57,276 nucleotides of DNA. Origin: an uncultured Rhizobiaceae group bacterium. GTDB taxonomy: Bacteria > Pseudomonadota > Alphaproteobacteria > Rhizobiales > Rhizobiaceae. Within the stretch, counting starts at the first letter, position 1; the number at the start of each line of letters is the position of its first letter. Under the pieces are notes generated by a model, which made no database searches, was not told the DNA's origin, and was given only the letters and a program-made list of their open reading frames with translations. Made by a program: the position numbers and the translations under genes. The stretch lies in assembly GCA_937951645.1 (NCBI GenBank), contig CALFBM010000051.1, forward strand, positions 1-57,276. The letters are read 5' to 3'. Below, piece by piece: positions 37,146-45,690 of the stretch.

Positions 37146-37215
37146 TATGTAGCAAATTCCCCACTCATAATAGGCTAATTTTATTCATATAACAGACTAA
37201 AAATAATTATATATA

Positions 37216-37230
37216 ATGCACTTTTTGCAT
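37216..37230. promoter_or_regulatory. LysR-type box (T-N11-A), copy 2
   Basis: ATGCACTTTTTGCAT, the same dyad 85 bp from copy 1 and about 120 bp upstream of the TAXI gene start. Confidence 0.55.
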
Positions 37231-37352
37231 TAGCATATGACTTCCTTAAAGAACATACTTTTAGGCCTAGGGCTATTATGCCTTGTGCGTTTGGTTCTAT
37301 TTATCATCCATGATTAGCTAATCAGGAAACTTGATTTCAAGGGAGAAGAAAA

Positions 37353-38321
37353 TTGAAGAAATTACTCGCAAGCTTTGCGTTACTTGCTACCACAGCATTA
37401 ACGCCAACAGCAGGTATTGCAGCTGAACAGCAGTTCATCTCAATCGGCACAGGTGGTGTAACGGGTGTTTACTACCCAACAGGCGGCGCAATTTGTCGTA
37501 TGGTCAACAAGAACCGTAAAGAGCACGGCATTCGTTGTTCAGTAGAATCCACAGGCGGATCTGTTTACAATATCAACACAGTACGCGCCGGCGAACTGGA
37601 ATTCGGCGTCGCACAATCCGACTGGCAGTTCCATGCCATGAAGGGCACGTCGAAGTTTAAGGACCAAGGTCCTTGGGAAGGCGAGCGTGCTGTCTTTTCC
37701 GTTCACCCGGAGCCATTTACTCTCGTTGCTCGCAAGGGCGCTGGCGTAACAGGCTTCGAAAGCCTAAAGGGCAAGAAAGTAAACGTTGGAAATCCGGGTT
37801 CGGGTCAACGCGCAACAACAGAAGTTGTGATGGAAGGCTACGGCATGAAAATGTCAGACTTTGCTTTGGCATCTGAACTTAAGGGCTCTGAAATGGCTCA
37901 AGCACTCTGTGACGGCAAGATTGACGCAATGATCTACACAATTGGTCACCCTGCCGCAGCCATTACAGAAGCAGCAACGACCTGTGATGTTGAATTGGTT
38001 TCAGTTGAAGGCGGACCAATCGACAAGCTTGTTGGAGATAATTCATATTATCGCAAAGCAACTGTTCCTGGTGGCACATACCGTGGCACAGATGGTGATA
38101 CAAACACATTTGGCGTTGGCGCTACTTTCATCTCGTCATCCGATGTTTCAGAAGAAGTTGTTTACACACTTGTAAAAGCTGTATTTGAAAACTTTGATGA
38201 TTTCAAAAAGCTGCATCCTGCTTTTACAAATCTGAAAGAAACAGAAATGATAAGCGACGGTCTTTCAGCGCCTTTACATGCAGGTGCCTTGAAATACTAC
38301 AAAGAACGCGGCTGGAAATAA
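37353..38321 (+). CDS. TAXI-family TRAP transporter solute-binding protein
   Basis: Signal peptide, then ISIGTGGVTGVYYPTGGAICRMVN, and C-terminus PLHAGALKYYKERGW. TTG start with a GGGAGAAG RBS. Confidence 0.85.
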   Translation: MKKLLASFALLATTALTPTAGIAAEQQFISIGTGGVTGVYYPTGGAICRMVNKNRKEHGIRCSVESTGGSVYNINTVRAGELEFGVAQSDWQFHAMKGTSKFKDQGPWEGERAVFSVHPEPFTLVARKGAGVTGFESLKGKKVNVGNPGSGQRATTEVVMEGYGMKMSDFALASELKGSEMAQALCDGKIDAMIYTIGHPAAAITEAATTCDVELVSVEGGPIDKLVGDNSYYRKATVPGGTYRGTDGDTNTFGVGATFISSSDVSEEVVYTLVKAVFENFDDFKKLHPAFTNLKETEMISDGLSAPLHAGALKYYKERGWK

Positions 38322-38402
38322 GCTGAAATACAAACCGGGCAATATGAATTGCCCGGTTTTTTTATTTTGAGAGGCATTAAATTTTATAGTGGGGAATAAA
38401 AC

Positions 38403-41057
38403 ATGACTAATGAAACAACTCAAAACAAAGTCGATGCCGATGTAGATCTCATGGTCGCAGAAGTTGAAACAGGTGCACGCAATGCAGCTGGTCTGGCAGG
38501 TAAAATAATACTTGCCATTGCATTTATTTGGGCAACGTTTCAGATTTATATTGCTTCCAGTATCCCCTATGCAATCACGACACTAACTGGCATTAACGTT
38601 GTATTCAATAGCCAGGAAGCACGCCAAATTCATCTGGCATTTGCCCTGATCCTGGCAATGTTGGCCTACCCGCTTTTCAAATCCAGTCCGCGCGACCACG
38701 TTCCTGTTTATGATTGGATACTTGCAGGACTTGCAGCACTTTCATGTCTTTATTTATTTTGGTTCAAAAATGATATTGCAGGCCGCGCAGGCCTTCCAAC
38801 CACTACAGATTTGACAATGTCAGCCATGGGCATGATTGCCTTGGCGATTGCTGTTTATCGCTCTTTGGGACTCCCCCTTGTAATCGTGGCATCAGTTTTT
38901 GTGTCTTACGTTTTCTTTGGTCATCTTTCCATAATGCCCGACGCCATCCAATGGAAAGGTGCTTCGTTTGGCAAAGCCATGTGGCACTTCTGGATGCAAA
39001 CCGAAGGCGTGTTTGGCGTCGCACTCGGTGTTGCCGCATCAATGATTTTTCTATTTGTGTTATTTGGCTCTTTGCTCGAAAAAGCAGGTGCAGGTAATTA
39101 CTTCATAAAATTGGCATTTGCCCTCTTGGGTCATTTCCGTGGTGGCCCGGCAAAAGCTGCCGTTGTGGCTTCTGCCCTTTCTGGCTTGTACTCGGGCTCA
39201 TCAATAGCCAATGTTGTAACAACAGGTACGTTCACCATTCCCCTCATGAAGCGTACAGGTTTTTCCCGTGAAAAAGCAGGTGCGGTTGAAGTAGCATCTT
39301 CAACAAACGGTCAGCTTACGCCGCCAGTGATGGGTGCTGCAGCTTTCCTGATTTCAGAATTTACAGGGATCTCATATCCTGAACTTATCAAACACGCATT
39401 CCTGCCTGCAATTATTTCTTATATTGCCTTGGTTTACATTGTTCACCTGGAAGCCTTAAAGCTTGGCCTCAAAGGCATGGAAAGGCCATCCCTTATCGGC
39501 ACCTTCGCGCAACGTATGTCAGGCGTTCTGTTTGGCTTTATTGCAATGGCAATTTTGGGTATGGCTGTTTATTACGGGCTAGGCTGGATCAAGGTTGCAT
39601 TCCCCAACCTTACCTTCACTTCAGCGGCAATTATCTTCCTGATTGCTTATGCAGTTACCATTACAAAAGCTGCAAAGGTTCCAGATCTTGAAATGGATGA
39701 CCCCAATGCGCCAATGTCAAAACTGCCGCGCCCATGGGAAGTGGCAATTACTGGCTTCCATTTCATACTGCCAATCATTGTATTGATCTGGTGCATCCTG
39801 ATTGAAAGACTTTCACCGACCCTGTCTGCTTATTGGGCAACCGTTGCAATGATCTTCATCATCTTTACCCAAAAACCAATCAAGAGCTTTTTGCGTGGCC
39901 AAGGCGGTCTTGCTCAAGGTTTTCGCGATGGATGGAAAGACTTTTTTGATGGTATGATTGCAGGTTCAAGAAACATGATCGGCATCGGTGTCGCAACAGG
40001 CGCTGCAGGCGTTATCGTGGGCACTGTATCATTAACTGGCGCGCATCAGGTTGTGGGTGAGTTTGTTGAATTCCTTTCAGGCGGAAACATCATGGCAATG
40101 TTGTTCCTGGTTGCCATCATGAGCTTGATATTAGGCATGGGTCTGCCAACCACTGCCAACTACATTGTAGTGTCATCCCTCATGGCGCCTGTAATCGTTT
40201 CAGTAGGTGCTGCAAACGGGCTTATTGTTCCACTTATCGCAGTTCATCTCTTTGTATTTTACTTTGGCATTCTGGCCGATGATACACCACCCGTCGGTCT
40301 GGCAGCCTTTGCTGCTGCCGCCATATCAGGCGGTGACCCGATTAAAACGGGCGTCCAGGGCTTTGCCTACGATATCCGCACAGCCTTGCTACCCTTCCTG
40401 TTTATCTTCAACACAGAACTTTTGCTAATCGATGTCTCAACCGGCAAGGCCATGTTCATCTTTATTGTAGCAGTAGTGGCGATGATGCTGTTTGCTGCTG
40501 CGACACAAGGCTACTTCATGGCCAAAAGTAAAATCTGGGAAACGGTCGCACTCCTCTTGATCGCCTTCACATTATTCAGACCAGGTTTCTGGCTTGATTA
40601 TGTTCAACCTCCTTTTGAAAACAGGCCAGGCGTTGAAGTTGCCCAACTTGCAGCTGACCTTCCAGAAAACGGCCTCTTACGAATGCTGGTCAAAGGGCCG
40701 GACTTTGACAAGCCTGACGAGATTTCCAAGCGAACTATTTTGGTGAATCTCGGCGCAAGCGGGGATGGAACAAAACGTTTGGAACAAGGCGGCATATTGG
40801 TTCGTGAAGAAGATGGAAAAGCCATACTGGATGAACCTATCGCAGGAACACCATTCTTCGTACCGTTCCAGTCTTTTGATTTTTATGGTGATACACCCGT
40901 CGAAATCGCAGCCGTCCAGCTGGAAGCTGAACGCATGCCAAAAGAAATATTTTATATTCCAGCATTAATCCTGCTTGCTCTGGTGGTCTTTTTCCAACGT
41001 AGACGACAAACCACTCCGGCGTTCTGGGCAGGAAAGGCTATTCAAAATGTATCATAA
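38403..41057 (+). CDS. TRAP transporter fused 4TM/12TM permease (TAXI-associated) with an extra soluble domain near the C-terminus
   Basis: Polytopic, 884 aa. Conserved core GGPAKAAVVASALSGLYSGSSIANVVTTG...NGQLTPPVMGAAAF. A hydrophilic insert of about 130 aa precedes the last TM helix. Confidence 0.85.
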   Translation: MTNETTQNKVDADVDLMVAEVETGARNAAGLAGKIILAIAFIWATFQIYIASSIPYAITTLTGINVVFNSQEARQIHLAFALILAMLAYPLFKSSPRDHVPVYDWILAGLAALSCLYLFWFKNDIAGRAGLPTTTDLTMSAMGMIALAIAVYRSLGLPLVIVASVFVSYVFFGHLSIMPDAIQWKGASFGKAMWHFWMQTEGVFGVALGVAASMIFLFVLFGSLLEKAGAGNYFIKLAFALLGHFRGGPAKAAVVASALSGLYSGSSIANVVTTGTFTIPLMKRTGFSREKAGAVEVASSTNGQLTPPVMGAAAFLISEFTGISYPELIKHAFLPAIISYIALVYIVHLEALKLGLKGMERPSLIGTFAQRMSGVLFGFIAMAILGMAVYYGLGWIKVAFPNLTFTSAAIIFLIAYAVTITKAAKVPDLEMDDPNAPMSKLPRPWEVAITGFHFILPIIVLIWCILIERLSPTLSAYWATVAMIFIIFTQKPIKSFLRGQGGLAQGFRDGWKDFFDGMIAGSRNMIGIGVATGAAGVIVGTVSLTGAHQVVGEFVEFLSGGNIMAMLFLVAIMSLILGMGLPTTANYIVVSSLMAPVIVSVGAANGLIVPLIAVHLFVFYFGILADDTPPVGLAAFAAAAISGGDPIKTGVQGFAYDIRTALLPFLFIFNTELLLIDVSTGKAMFIFIVAVVAMMLFAAATQGYFMAKSKIWETVALLLIAFTLFRPGFWLDYVQPPFENRPGVEVAQLAADLPENGLLRMLVKGPDFDKPDEISKRTILVNLGASGDGTKRLEQGGILVREEDGKAILDEPIAGTPFFVPFQSFDFYGDTPVEIAAVQLEAERMPKEIFYIPALILLALVVFFQRRRQTTPAFWAGKAIQNVS

Positions 41058-41475
41058 TATTCTCGTTCCAGTTGATTTAAGCAATATCAAGCAAGCAAAA
41101 AAACTGATTGGCATTGCCCAGGACATGCTTATTGATGATAATTCTGAACTGCATGTCATGACTGTTGTCCCAACATACAATATGCCAATTGTTGGTTCGC
41201 ATTTTCCAAAAGACTTTGAAGAAAAAACACTTCAGGACGTTGGCGACGTGCTTAAACAAACACTTGATGTAGTTGAGACCCCATCTGGAAACATTAAAGG
41301 CCATGTTACCCATGGCAATATTTATGACGAGATCATGAAGGTTGCTGACAAGCTTAATTGTGAGCTTATCGTTCTTGCCTCACATCGCCCTGAGTTAAAG
41401 GATTATCTGCTTGGGCCAAATGCAGCAAGGGTAGTTCGACATGCAAAACAGTCTGTCTTCGTTGTTCGCGACTAA
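41047..41475 (+). CDS. Universal stress protein (UspA family)
   Basis: MYHNILVPVDLS... and ...LIVLASHRPELKDYLLGPNAARVVRHAKQSVFVVR. The ATG at 41047 overlaps the permease end by 11 nt. Confidence 0.8.
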   Translation: MYHNILVPVDLSNIKQAKKLIGIAQDMLIDDNSELHVMTVVPTYNMPIVGSHFPKDFEEKTLQDVGDVLKQTLDVVETPSGNIKGHVTHGNIYDEIMKVADKLNCELIVLASHRPELKDYLLGPNAARVVRHAKQSVFVVRD

Positions 41476-41489
41476 AAGGGCTTTAAAGC

Positions 41490-42809
41490 ATGGGACACAT
41501 ATTCGGTCGCACAACCGCCCATCAAATTCCAACAGCGGTAAAGGGTGATGGCTGTTATATAATTGACAGCAAAGGCAAGCGCTATTTTGACGGATCAGGT
41601 GGCGCAGCAGTATCCTGCCTTGGCCATTCCAATGAGCATGTAAAACAAGCCATCACTAACCAACTTGCAAATCTGGATTTTGCCCATACTGGTTTTTTTA
41701 CATCAGAACCTGCAGAAAAACTGGCAGATCTTTTAATCAAACATGCCCCCAAAGGCATTGACCGCGTTTATCTGGTCTCGGGCGGATCAGAAGCGGTAGA
41801 AGCTGCCCTTAAACTGGCGCGTCAATATTTTGTTGAAATTGGCGAACCGAATAGACACAAGGTAATCGCACGCAAACAAAGCTATCATGGCAATACATTG
41901 GGCGCGCTTGCCACAGGTGGCAATGAATTACGGCGCGCCCAGTTTTCACCTCTACTGGTTGAAACGACACATATTGCACCGTGTTATGAATACCGCTACA
42001 GGCATGAGAGTGAGGCACCGTTTGAATATGGCTGGAGGGTTGCAAATGAACTTGAAACCCAAATTCTTGAACTGGGGCCTGAAAACATCATGGCCTTTGT
42101 TGCTGAACCCGTAGTTGGCGCAACACTTGGGGCTGTTCCACCCGTCGAAGGCTATTTCAAACGCATCCGCGAAATATGCGACCAACATGGCATACTATTA
42201 ATCCTGGATGAAGTCATGTGCGGGATGGGCAGAACAGGTACACTTTTTGCTTGCGAGCAAGATGGCATTTCACCTGATATTCTTGCCATCGCCAAAGGCT
42301 TGGGCGCAGGATATCAACCCATCGGCGCGATGCTTTGCACGGACAAAATATATAACACAATTGAAACCGGCAGCGGCTTTTTTCAACATGGGCACACCTA
42401 TATGGGACATCCACTGGCATGTGCGGCATCCTTTGCCGTCCTGACAGAAATTCTCAATCGTGATTTGCTGACTAACGTTAAACAACAAGGTGAGAAATTA
42501 GCGGCGCATCTCAATGAAGTTCTTGGTCAGCATCAGCATATTGGGGACATACGTGGACGCGGCTTATTTCGCGGGCTGGAAATTGTAGCTGACCGTAGCA
42601 CAAAAAAACCTATCGACACCTCAAGGGGGATAGCAAAGAAACTAAAGGCAGAAGCATTTGAGGCAGGTTTGATTTGTTATCCAATGTCTGGAACAATTGA
42701 TGGGAAAAATGGTGATCATGTTCTTCTGGCACCACCTTTCACTATAAATGATGATCAGATTGTGGAACTTGTCGACAAGCTAAAAACAGCATTTGATCAA
42801 ACATTATAA
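41490..42809 (+). CDS. Class-III (omega) aminotransferase, PLP-dependent
   Basis: SGGSEAVEAALKLAR, LILDEVMCGMGRTG, and a length of 439 aa. Confidence 0.85.
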   Translation: MGHIFGRTTAHQIPTAVKGDGCYIIDSKGKRYFDGSGGAAVSCLGHSNEHVKQAITNQLANLDFAHTGFFTSEPAEKLADLLIKHAPKGIDRVYLVSGGSEAVEAALKLARQYFVEIGEPNRHKVIARKQSYHGNTLGALATGGNELRRAQFSPLLVETTHIAPCYEYRYRHESEAPFEYGWRVANELETQILELGPENIMAFVAEPVVGATLGAVPPVEGYFKRIREICDQHGILLILDEVMCGMGRTGTLFACEQDGISPDILAIAKGLGAGYQPIGAMLCTDKIYNTIETGSGFFQHGHTYMGHPLACAASFAVLTEILNRDLLTNVKQQGEKLAAHLNEVLGQHQHIGDIRGRGLFRGLEIVADRSTKKPIDTSRGIAKKLKAEAFEAGLICYPMSGTIDGKNGDHVLLAPPFTINDDQIVELVDKLKTAFDQTL

Positions 42810-42814
42810 GACAA

Positions 42815-42846
42815 CATCCAACACGGCGCGCATCCAACACGACGCG
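42815..42846 (+). repeat. Tandem 16-nt direct repeat
   Basis: CATCCAACACGGCGCG (42815-42830) followed by CATCCAACACGACGCG (42831-42846), with one mismatch. Confidence 0.8.
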
Positions 42847-43116
42847 ATGCCTAATCTTGAACCAACTCATGCAATAACCTTACCAGGCAAGGAATTCGCA
42901 CCAGGCTTGAATGAATGAATCAAACAAACAGAATTGACTTCACCTGTGTCGGCTAACAATTTTGTATTTGTACTTTTGTGAAAGTATTGTCATTGAACTT
43001 TCTTTCTTCAAACTGTTATTACATTCCACCAACTGTGAAAACTAACGGCTTCTGTAAAACAAAATTTCTGGGGTCGCATATAGGGCTTACAAAGTAGACG
43101 CCAGCCAACTAGGGTT

Positions 43117-43347
43117 TTGTACATGACATCTACAGGAATGATGAAACAAGAAGATAACACTACTTCAAAACTAGTAATTCCGAAATATAAAATGCCAATT
43201 AGCAAACAGAATATAATTGATGGTTTATCCGCAATGGTGCGCATTCCAAGCGTCAATACATTTGGCCATCACGATGCAGCTCATCCAGCAGAATCGGCCA
43301 TGGCCGATTATTTTGAAAAACGGCTAAACAACCCGGGCTTGAAGTAA
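43117..43347 (+). pseudogene. N-terminal remnant of an M20 (ArgE/DapE/ACY1-type) peptidase gene
   Basis: From about 43192: MPISKQNIIDGLSAMVRIPSVNTFG...ESAMADYFEKRL.N.G resembles the first 50 aa or so of M20 peptidases. The frame stops at 43347, where a full gene would need about 350 more residues. Confidence 0.5.
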
Positions 43348-43534
43348 AGAAGCAATCAAACTTGCAGCCATTAACGAAGGATTGCTACTTGATCCTGTTT
43401 ATATCGGGCGCACCTTTGCAGGTCTCATATCATTGGTCAAAAGCGGAACCATTGCCAAAAATGATACTGTGGCCTTTATACACACGGGTGGTCTTGCTGC
43501 CTTGTTTGCATATCAAAATGATTTAACCAATTAA
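43343..43534 (+). pseudogene. C-terminal remnant of an ACC-deaminase / D-cysteine desulfhydrase family gene
   Basis: A different frame reads EAIKLAAINEGLLLDPVYIGRTFAGLISLVKSGTIAKNDTVAFIHTGGLAALFAYQNDLTN*. This is the conserved C-terminal 60 aa of that PLP family (LDPVYTGK...FIHTGG). No upstream part is present. Confidence 0.55.
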
Positions 43535-44452
43535 TACACCACCAAGCCTGTGCATTTCTGCAATCAGCTTTTCAGTTATTGACTGGGTAAGCAAGGAAGC
43601 GGGCCTGTATACAGGCGTAAGTATTGATACTCTGTAGGTTATGGCTGGTTTAAATGGACGAAAAACCAGTTCTCCTCCACTTCCCTTATATAAACGATAA
43701 CTTTCCATCGCTATTGGATCGACTGTGGCGTAGGCAAGTTTTCTTTCAACATAAGTAAGCAATGGAATGAAATATCGTGTTGTAAACCTGACGTTGAGCC
43801 TTACTTGGCTTTCACTAAATGCCTTTTCTACATTTGCATATAACTCATGGTCATGATCAAGTGTTGCAAGCGGTTTATCATCCAGATCATTTGGCGAGAT
43901 ATATTTCTTTTTTGCAAGAGGATCGTCACGATGCATGACGCATAAACAGTCAAACCTAAAAATATTCTCCTTCACGAGAGAGGTATTGTCAGCTTTACCT
44001 TCAAAATAATCAGCTATTCCAAGATCATATTGTTGTGCAGCAATTAGTTGAAAAACAACTTCTGAACTTCTCGAAATCAAGGCGCTTTCTACATTAGGTT
44101 TTTCCTTTGCAAAATTGGCAATCAGGTTTGGCAATAGAAAAACTGATGGCCCCGGCATTGTAACAATTTCAATTTTTCCAGTGTTAAGCGCTTTGATACC
44201 CTGCATATTTTGTTGTATCGTATTCATTCGACCAAGAAGCTCAGAACATTCTTCCTGCAAATAATGAGCTTCCGGAACGGGGTGTAATCGACCATTACGA
44301 CGTTCAAAAAGCTTCATACCCAAATCATCTTCCAAGCCTGCAACAAGAGAACTAATTGCAGGCTGGCTTCTATGTAAATTACGAGCAGCCGCAGAAACCG
44401 ATCCAGTTAGCATTATCTCGTGAAATGCTTTCATCTGCATTATTTTCATCAT
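43523..44452 (-). CDS. LysR family transcriptional regulator
   Basis: HTH (FHEIMLTGSVSAAARNLHRSQPAISSLVAGLE) plus a LysR substrate-binding domain. Divergent from the second TAXI-TRAP operon. Several in-frame Met start candidates (44452-44434). Confidence 0.85.
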   Translation of the reverse strand: MMKIMQMKAFHEIMLTGSVSAAARNLHRSQPAISSLVAGLEDDLGMKLFERRNGRLHPVPEAHYLQEECSELLGRMNTIQQNMQGIKALNTGKIEIVTMPGPSVFLLPNLIANFAKEKPNVESALISRSSEVVFQLIAAQQYDLGIADYFEGKADNTSLVKENIFRFDCLCVMHRDDPLAKKKYISPNDLDDKPLATLDHDHELYANVEKAFSESQVRLNVRFTTRYFIPLLTYVERKLAYATVDPIAMESYRLYKGSGGELVFRPFKPAITYRVSILTPVYRPASLLTQSITEKLIAEMHRLGGVLIG

Positions 44453-44580
44453 TCAAACCTATAGCAAAAATTTATAATATTAGAAATAATTACAATTTGC
44501 ATCAATAGATTACTAGCCCTAAACTTTGAATTCCAGATAACAGTAAGAAGCTGGATATGAATTCACAGGGAGAGAGAAAT

Positions 44581-45597
44581 ATGAATACATTTAAAAAACT
44601 TGCTGGTGCATTGGCATTAAGCAGCTCGCTATTGGCGAGTGGTATTGCAGTTGCGCAAGACCCTACATTTTTTCGCATAGGGACAGGTGGTGCTGGTGGC
44701 ACTTATTTCCCAATTGGCGGTACAATTGCAAATGGCATTTCTGCCCCCCCAGGTTCACGCCCATGTGACAGCGGCGGTCAATGTGGGGTTCCGGGCTTGA
44801 TTGCAATTGCTCAGTCAACAACTGCATCTGTCTTTAATAATGCAGCGGTTCAAAACGGTGAATTAGAAGCAGGCCTCGCAGCAGCAGACGTGACACGTTC
44901 CATGTTCTTGGGCGAAGGAAAGTTTGAAGGAAAGGCACATCCGAAACTTCGTGTTATTGCCAATCTGTATCCGGAAGACCTCCATGTTGTACTCCCAAAG
45001 GGCGCAAGCATCAATGATTTAGGCGACCTAAAAGACAAGCGTGTCGGTATTGCTCAAGCAGGCTCTGGCACTCAGGTTGCAGTTCTACAAATGTTGGACG
45101 CGTGGGGTGTTAACCGTGACAACATGGAAGAGGCTGAATTGAACAATAGCCAAAGTGCTGAACGTTTGGCTGATGGTCAATTGGACGGTTATTTTTATGC
45201 AGCAGGTTGGCCAGTGGCAGCCATGGTTCAATTAGCTTCAACAAAAGGAATGAACCTCCATTCATTCTCTGAAGCAGATTTGAAAAAAATCAACGAAATC
45301 ATTCCTGCGTATATTCCATCAAAAATTCCTGGCGGCGTATATGAAGGTGTTGATAACGATACACTTACTCCTGCAGTGAGTGCGCTACTTGTCGTTTCTT
45401 CTGATCTTTCAGATGAACTTGTTTATGGCATTACCAAAGCACTTTGGAATGATAACACACGCAAACTTCTTGATAACGGCCATGCAAAAGGCAAACAGAT
45501 TACACCTGACACAGCACTTGATGGTGTTGTGGCGCTTGGTGTACCGCTCCATGCAGGTGCTGAGAAGTTCTACAAAGAGGCAGGGTTACTTAAGTAA
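44581..45597 (+). CDS. TAXI-family TRAP transporter solute-binding protein (paralog 2)
   Basis: Signal peptide MNTFKKLAGALALSSSLLASGIAVAQD, FFRIGTGGAGGTYFPIGGTIANG, and C-terminus PLHAGAEKFYKEAG. The ATG at 44581 has a GGGAGAGAG RBS. Confidence 0.85.
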   Translation: MNTFKKLAGALALSSSLLASGIAVAQDPTFFRIGTGGAGGTYFPIGGTIANGISAPPGSRPCDSGGQCGVPGLIAIAQSTTASVFNNAAVQNGELEAGLAAADVTRSMFLGEGKFEGKAHPKLRVIANLYPEDLHVVLPKGASINDLGDLKDKRVGIAQAGSGTQVAVLQMLDAWGVNRDNMEEAELNNSQSAERLADGQLDGYFYAAGWPVAAMVQLASTKGMNLHSFSEADLKKINEIIPAYIPSKIPGGVYEGVDNDTLTPAVSALLVVSSDLSDELVYGITKALWNDNTRKLLDNGHAKGKQITPDTALDGVVALGVPLHAGAEKFYKEAGLLK

Positions 45598-45690
45598 TCT
45601 CCCCCAAAGGCAATACAGGCCTTAACTGGTTGGCAAAACTCATTGCCAGCCAGTTTTTAATAAAAAACTTATGTACAGGGATCTGCGAAA

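Noticed and set aside
43008-43256. 82-aa minus-strand ORF in the decayed interval
   Set aside because: It has no motif and no RBS. It overlaps the better-supported M20 remnant on the other strand.
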